Assembly: GCA_017435465.1 (NCBI GenBank)
Contig: JAFSEX010000006.1
Location: 12,697 to 76,696 of the forward strand
Reading direction: 5' to 3'
DNA from: Bacilli bacterium
GTDB taxonomy: Bacteria > Bacillota_I > Bacilli_A > RF39 > UBA660
Length of the DNA: 64,000 bases
Shown: one piece after another, positions 58,966-64,000 of the stretch
Layout of the letters: every line of letters starts with the position of its first letter
Position numbering within the stretch: the stretch's first letter is position 1
The notes under the pieces: model-generated
The model's database searches: none
What the model was told of the DNA's origin: nothing
The model's input: only the letters and a program-made list of their open reading frames with translations
Made by a program: the position numbers and the translations under genes

Positions 58966-59042
58966 GGACCCTTAGCTCAGTTGGTTAGAGCTATCGGCTC
59001 ATAACCGATCGGTCGTAGGTTCGAGTCCTACAGGGTCCACCA
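58966..59042 (+). tRNA. tRNA with CAT anticodon; sequence type resembles tRNA-Ile2 (lysidine-modified) rather than initiator or elongator Met
   Basis: GGACCCT/AGGGTCC acceptor, anticodon loop CTCATAA, T-arm GGTTCGAGTCC. The Ile2 assignment rests on recalled similarity to the Bacillus tRNA-Ile(CAU). Confidence 0.85.
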
Positions 59043-59046
59043 CTTT

Positions 59047-59131
59047 GCGGATGTGGCGGAATTGGCAGACGCACTAGACTTAGGATCTAGCGGAGCAATC
59101 CATGGGGGTTCAAGTCCCTTCATCCGCACCA
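59047..59131 (+). tRNA. tRNA-Leu (anticodon TAG), class II
   Basis: GCGGATG/CATCCGC acceptor, anticodon stem CTAGA/TCTAG with loop CTTAGGA, long variable arm. Confidence 0.9.
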
Positions 59132-59269
59132 ACTTATTATAGGGCAATGGCTCTTTTTTTTTGTGCCTACGACCGATCGTTTTTTAAAAAAATTTGAAAT
59201 TTTTTCAATTAAAAAAAGAAAATGTCAATATTTCGCTGTATTATATAGTGAAAGGAAAAATAAAAATAT

Positions 59270-60037
59270 ATGAATGAAAATTTTGAAAATTTAATCGAGA
59301 AATTTAAAGTAATTGCAAGAAAACGATGGATAAAAGGTGTTACAAAAGGATATGGAAATGTTGGGTTGACCTTTGAAAATGAATTGGGCAAAAAAATAGA
59401 TACTAATTACACACCTGATTATAAAAATATAGAAATAAAATCAACAACTAGGTTTAGCAGATTTCCTATTTCATTATTTTCAATAGCACTTGATGGTCCA
59501 ACTGATAAAGAAATAATACGTCTTAATGAAACTTATGGAAAAAATGATAAAGATTTTCCTGATAAAAAAATATTATTTGAAAAAATAAAAGTTAATGAAC
59601 AACAAGAATCAAACAAAAACTACCTTTTTAGTTTTTTGATAAAAGAAAATAAATTATATTTGCAAATTTATGATAAAAATAAAAATTTAATTGAGCAAGA
59701 AGCATATATATATCTTGATAATATCAAAAAACATGTGTTAACAAAACTTAACAATTTTGCAATTATTAAAGCCAGTAAGAAAAAAATAGATGGAATAGAA
59801 TATTTCAGATATTATCAAATCACTTTATATACTCTTAAAAGTTTTAAAATATTTATAGATTTATTACAAAAAGGAAAAATCGAAATTTTTTTAGTTTCTA
59901 GAATGCAAAAATCAGGTACATATGTAGGTAGATATCGTAATAAAAATTTGGTTTTCCAAATAAAAAAACAAAATATAAGTGAATTGTTTAATCAAATTTA
60001 TACATACAATTATGATGACAAAAATAATCAAAATTAA
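59270..60037 (+). CDS. MutH/Sau3AI/MvaI-BcnI-like PD-(D/E)xK endonuclease-fold protein (orphan; no methyltransferase nearby)
   Basis: KGYGNVGLTFENELGKKIDTNYTPDYKNIEIKS matches the G.G..G...E..LG....N..PD....E(I/L)K signature of that family (from memory). Confidence 0.45.
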   Translation: MNENFENLIEKFKVIARKRWIKGVTKGYGNVGLTFENELGKKIDTNYTPDYKNIEIKSTTRFSRFPISLFSIALDGPTDKEIIRLNETYGKNDKDFPDKKILFEKIKVNEQQESNKNYLFSFLIKENKLYLQIYDKNKNLIEQEAYIYLDNIKKHVLTKLNNFAIIKASKKKIDGIEYFRYYQITLYTLKSFKIFIDLLQKGKIEIFLVSRMQKSGTYVGRYRNKNLVFQIKKQNISELFNQIYTYNYDDKNNQN

Positions 60038-60107
60038 TTTTTTTGGGAACAATATGAAAAAATAACATAAATTAACATTTTCTTTAATATAATATCTTGG
60101 TGATGGA

Positions 60108-60719
60108 ATGTTAAAAGAAGATAAATTGAATTATGGTTACTCTGAATTAGAACCATATATAGATACACATACTCTTGGATTGCATTACAATAAACATTAT
60201 TTAAATTATTTGAATAATCTAAATAAAATATTAAATAAATATCAAATTCAATATGTAGCCAAAAATAATTTAGATGGAGTTTTGAGTGCAATTAATAAAA
60301 TGGAACAAAACGATACATACGATGCATTATTTAATTTAGGCGGAGTTATAAATCATGAAATATACTTTGATAGTATAAGTCCAAATAAAAATAATAAATT
60401 AGTTGGCAAAATAAAAGATGATATTGAAAAAAAATATGGTAATCATAATAATTTTAAAAAAGAAATATTAAATTGTGTAAAAACATTACAAGGTTCAGGA
60501 TATACATATTTAGTAAAAGATAGAAATAATGAATTACAAATTTTAAATTTTCCTAATCAAGCTATTCCGGAGTTTTATGGATATAAACCAATAATGAATA
60601 TTGATTTATGGGAACATGCATATTATATTAATTATAAAAATAACAAAGAAGAATATATAAACAATTTTTTTGATATCCTTGATTGGAATAAAATAAACAA
60701 AAGATATGAATCAATATAG
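60108..60719 (+). CDS. sodA: Fe/Mn superoxide dismutase
   Basis: LHYNKHYLNYLNNLN (His26/His30/Tyr34 equivalents), GGVINHEIYF, DLWEHAYYINYKN. Confidence 0.85.
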   Translation: MLKEDKLNYGYSELEPYIDTHTLGLHYNKHYLNYLNNLNKILNKYQIQYVAKNNLDGVLSAINKMEQNDTYDALFNLGGVINHEIYFDSISPNKNNKLVGKIKDDIEKKYGNHNNFKKEILNCVKTLQGSGYTYLVKDRNNELQILNFPNQAIPEFYGYKPIMNIDLWEHAYYINYKNNKEEYINNFFDILDWNKINKRYESI

Positions 60720-60792
60720 TTTCATATTTTTTTCTTTACAAATATTTATTTTATTATTATACTTAATATATAAAATAAAGGAGGAATGTATT

Positions 60793-61701
60793 ATGAATAA
60801 AGTAGTAATAATTGGTTGTGGAAATGTTGGAATGAGTTATGCATATTCTTTGTTAAATCAAAGAACTAAGGTAGAAGAATTAGTTTTAATTGATATTAAT
60901 AAAGAAAGAACAGAAGGGGAAGCTATGGATTTAAATCATGGTCTTGCTTTTGCTCCATCAAAAATAAATATAAAATCTGGTAATTATAATGATTGTAATG
61001 ATGCAGACATAATATGTATATGTGCAGGTAAAAATCAAGAAGTAGGGGAAACTAGACTAGATTTAATTAAAAAGAATTATGATGTATTTAAAAGTATAAT
61101 TGAACAAATTAATCAGACAAATTTTGATGGTATATATTTTATTGCGACTAATCCAGTAGATATAATGACACATGTAACTATGAAATTATCAAAAAAAGAA
61201 CCATCTAAAGTTATTGGAAGTGGTACTATGTTAGATACCGCACGTCTTCGTTATCTAGTTGGTGATGAATTAAAAATTAATCCTAAAAACGTACATGCTT
61301 ATGTAATTGGGGAACATGGTGATAGTGAATTCGTCCCTTGGAATAGTGCAATTGTCGGCCTTAGAGGAGTAACAGAATATATAAATAGTGAGAGATTAGA
61401 TGATATTGCTTTAGATGTTAAAAATGCAGCATATGAAATAATTAATAGAAAAGGTGCAACATATTATGGAATTGGTATGTGTTTAACACGTCTTACTAAT
61501 GCGGTATTAGATAATGACAATTCAATACTTACAGTATCTGTGTATGATGAAAAAACAGATCTTTATTACGGAATGCCTGCGGTAGTAGATAAAAAAGGAA
61601 TAAGAGAAGTTGTATACCTTAAATTAACTGATGAAGAACAGGAAAAATTAGATAATAGTATAGAAGTTTTAAAAGAATATAAAAACACATTATATAATTA
61701 A
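60793..61701 (+). CDS. ldh: L-lactate dehydrogenase
   Basis: KVVIIGCGNVGMSYAY Rossmann motif, GEHGDSEF catalytic His loop; SD AAGGAGG before ATG 60793. Confidence 0.9.
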   Translation: MNKVVIIGCGNVGMSYAYSLLNQRTKVEELVLIDINKERTEGEAMDLNHGLAFAPSKINIKSGNYNDCNDADIICICAGKNQEVGETRLDLIKKNYDVFKSIIEQINQTNFDGIYFIATNPVDIMTHVTMKLSKKEPSKVIGSGTMLDTARLRYLVGDELKINPKNVHAYVIGEHGDSEFVPWNSAIVGLRGVTEYINSERLDDIALDVKNAAYEIINRKGATYYGIGMCLTRLTNAVLDNDNSILTVSVYDEKTDLYYGMPAVVDKKGIREVVYLKLTDEEQEKLDNSIEVLKEYKNTLYN

Positions 61702-62345
61702 TGGAAAATATAAGTATTATTAAACCTAAATTTCCCGTTAAACTAGAATTTAGTGATAATTTAAAAACTCTAATTTCTTCATCGGAAGAAATTAATGGAT
61801 ACATATTTGAAAATCAAAATATAGAAGATATTAAAAAAGATTTTTTAGAAATAAATAATTGTATTTTTAAAAACTGTACATTTCAAAATATTAAAATTGA
61901 TAGATTTAGTTTAATGGATGTAATATTTGAAAATTGTGATTTATCTAATTTTAAATTTAGTGATAATGGAATACATAGAGTAGAATTTAAAAATTGTAAG
62001 TTAGTAGGCAGTGATTATTCAGGAAGTATTTTAAATAATGTTTTATTTTCTTCATGTAATTGTACTTATATTAATTTATCATTTTCAAGATTTAAAAATA
62101 TTTTAATTAATGAATGTAATTTTACTGGTGGAAGTATAATTTCTTCAAAATTGGAAAACACATATTTTGAAAATTCTAAACTAGTTAGTGTAGAGCTAGG
62201 TAACACCCCTTTAAAAAATATTGATTTAAGCACTTGTGACATAGATGGAATAATGATAACTAGCAATGAGTTAAAAGGCGTAATAGTGAATATGAATCAA
62301 GCTTTATCATTATCTAAAATATTAGGAATTATTATTAAAGAGTAA
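61701..62345 (+). CDS. Pentapeptide-repeat protein
   Basis: Tandem A(D/N)LXX-like repeats (FENCDLSNFKFSDNGIHRVEFKNCKLVGSDYSGSIL...). Confidence 0.7.
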   Translation: MENISIIKPKFPVKLEFSDNLKTLISSSEEINGYIFENQNIEDIKKDFLEINNCIFKNCTFQNIKIDRFSLMDVIFENCDLSNFKFSDNGIHRVEFKNCKLVGSDYSGSILNNVLFSSCNCTYINLSFSRFKNILINECNFTGGSIISSKLENTYFENSKLVSVELGNTPLKNIDLSTCDIDGIMITSNELKGVIVNMNQALSLSKILGIIIKE

Positions 62346-62486
62346 TAATTCTTTTATTATTTATTAGATATAAATGAAATTTATATCAAGTATTTATAAT
62401 AATTATTTTACTTATACCAAGAAATGTGCTAAAATGTATTTAATTTTAGATATATTTTAATTGTTTTAGAAAGGGAATTATTTATT

Positions 62487-63404
62487 ATGGATAAGAATGT
62501 AGATTTAAATTTATACTCAACTTTCATAAAAGTATATGAGCTTAAAAACATTTCAAAAGCTGCTGAATCACTCTATGTATCGCAACCTTCGATAAGTCAT
62601 AATATAAAAGAGTTAGAAAATCAACTAGGAATTAAATTATTTTATAGAAATTCTAAGGGCGTGGAACCAACTCCGGAAGCTAAAAAATTGTATTATTATG
62701 TTTCAAATGCATTTAATACAATACGTACAGGTGAACAAATACTTACAGATTTTAGTGATTTAAAAACTGGTACAATAAAAATTGGCGTGCCTACGCATAT
62801 AGGTACATGTTTTCTTACACAATATATAGAAAACTTTAATAGAATGTATCCTGGTATAAAATTTGAAATAGTTAATTTATCAACTTCAAATATGATTTAT
62901 ATGCTTGAAACAAGAAATCTAGACCTAATTGTTGATAGTCTACCAATAGACTCAAATAGATTTAAACTTGATGTATGTAATTTAGTAACTCTTGATAACT
63001 GTTTCGTGGCTAGTAAAAAATATTTTGGATATTTGCAAAAAAATATAAAAATAGAAGATTTAGATAAACTTCCATTTATTGCTCCTTATAAAATTTCTTC
63101 AGCTAGAAAAGAATTAGATTCATATCTTAAAAAACAAGGCGTAAAAATAAAATCAATTATTGATTGTTGGACAACCGAAATGATGCTGGACTTTGTAAAA
63201 CGCGGTATGGGTGTTGGTTATTTTATAAAAGTTTTTGCTGAAAACTATGCTTGTAATGATGAATTTATTTCTTTTGATTTTGATAATTCTCTTCCTAAAG
63301 TACAAGTTTGTATCGCATATATTTCTGAATTTCAAACATATGCATCAAAAGAATTTATAAATTATTTAAAAGAAAACGTTAATAATGAAGAAACAAAAAA
63401 TTAA
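62487..63404 (+). CDS. LysR-family transcriptional regulator
   Basis: N-terminal wHTH FIKVYELKNISKAAESLYVSQPSISHNIKELENQLGIKLF plus a substrate-binding domain. Confidence 0.85.
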   Translation: MDKNVDLNLYSTFIKVYELKNISKAAESLYVSQPSISHNIKELENQLGIKLFYRNSKGVEPTPEAKKLYYYVSNAFNTIRTGEQILTDFSDLKTGTIKIGVPTHIGTCFLTQYIENFNRMYPGIKFEIVNLSTSNMIYMLETRNLDLIVDSLPIDSNRFKLDVCNLVTLDNCFVASKKYFGYLQKNIKIEDLDKLPFIAPYKISSARKELDSYLKKQGVKIKSIIDCWTTEMMLDFVKRGMGVGYFIKVFAENYACNDEFISFDFDNSLPKVQVCIAYISEFQTYASKEFINYLKENVNNEETKN

Positions 63405-63623
63405 TAGGTATAATTTTATTTTATATCTATTATTTTTTTTATTTATGAAATAAATTTTGAAATGGTAAATATTTTTAAAATCATAATTTATTAAAATAAA
63501 TATTTGAAAGATTAAAAAAATTAATAATGTGTTTTTTTTAAATTAGTTATATAAAAAATAAGTATTGGACTTATTAAAATACCTATAATATACTAAAATT
63601 ACAAATACAAAAAGGAGGGATTT

Positions 63624-64000
63624 ATGGTAACTATTAATGATTTACTTGAAAAAGTAAAAACTTATAATTATGATGAAATAGACATGATAAAAAAAGCTTA
63701 TTATTATGCAGAATATATGCATAATAACCAAATTAGGGAAAGTGGAGAGCCTTATATTACTCATCCTTTGAATGTTGCATGTATTTTGTCAGAAATGCAC
63801 GCTGATAGTGATACAATATGTGCAGCACTCCTACACGATATTTTAGAAGACACCAAAGCAACAAAAAAAGAGATTACAGAATTGTTTAATAAGGATATCG
63901 CAAATTTAGTAGATGGAGTAACCAAATTAAAAAAGATGAATTTTTCTTCTAAACAAGAACAAAATTTAGCTAATACAAGAAAAATAATTACTAGTGTTAG
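63624..64000 (+). CDS. relA: RelA/SpoT-family bifunctional (p)ppGpp synthetase/hydrolase, 5' part (runs off the window)
   Basis: HD-domain motifs SGEPYITHPLNVA and LLHDILEDT; SD AAGGAGGG. Confidence 0.85.
   Translation, partial: MVTINDLLEKVKTYNYDEIDMIKKAYYYAEYMHNNQIRESGEPYITHPLNVACILSEMHADSDTICAALLHDILEDTKATKKEITELFNKDIANLVDGVTKLKKMNFSSKQEQNLANTRKIITSV

Noticed and set aside
57713-59042. Functional link between tmcAL and the adjacent CAT-anticodon tRNA
   Set aside because: TmcAL acetylates elongator tRNA-Met, whereas this tRNA looks like the lysidine-type tRNA-Ile2. The divergent adjacency may be coincidental, and nothing in the sequence argues for co-regulation.
60706-60792. N-terminal extension of the ldh ORF overlapping the sodA 3' end
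   Set aside because: The canonical LDH N-terminus MNKVVIIGCGNVG starts at 60793 behind a strong SD (AAGGAGG). The extension is hydrophobic junk.

Overview
Very AT-rich chromosomal window (roughly three-quarters A+T by eye) from a spore-forming low-GC Firmicute, possibly Erysipelotrichia- or Clostridia-like. Most of it is housekeeping: recD2, mraZ-rsmH-ftsL-pbpB, greA, tig, rnc, yidD, priA, tmcAL, sodA, ldh, the relA/spoT 5' end, a gerA-type germinant receptor operon and four tRNAs.

The strongest finding is a second class-B PBP gene (spoVD-like, single PASTA domain) split in frame by a ~5.2-kb element. The element carries a large serine recombinase, an excisionase-type HTH protein and six small unknown ORFs. 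Its ends rebuild a dyad-symmetric attP around a GT core, and precise excision restores a 639-codon ORF. This matches the architecture of skin-like, mother-cell-excised intervening elements; I do not recall spoVD being described as a host gene for one.

Other notable items:
- An IS1634-family insertion flanked by a perfect 117-bp target duplication that copies a whole divergent promoter region.
- A sigmaA promoter, a 24-codon leader ORF and a three-helix terminator/antiterminator switch ahead of an ASCH-cytidine/blasticidin-deaminase fusion and a GNAT.
- An acyl-lipid cluster: HxxxDG acyltransferase, DUF6320-like protein, RpiB-like protein, and PlsC-like / acyl-CoA ligase / PlsC-like.
- A surface-protein cluster with an NPQSG-anchored protein and a sortase B carrying a ~280-aa N-terminal cytoplasmic domain.
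- A sigma-70 protein with a ~280-aa C-terminal extension.
- An orphan MvaI/BcnI-like nuclease next to a tRNA pair.
- A promoter-equipped 27-aa hydrophobic peptide resembling a type I toxin.

No rRNA genes or CRISPR arrays were seen. All calls come from reading motifs in the translations and sequence; no database searches were run.
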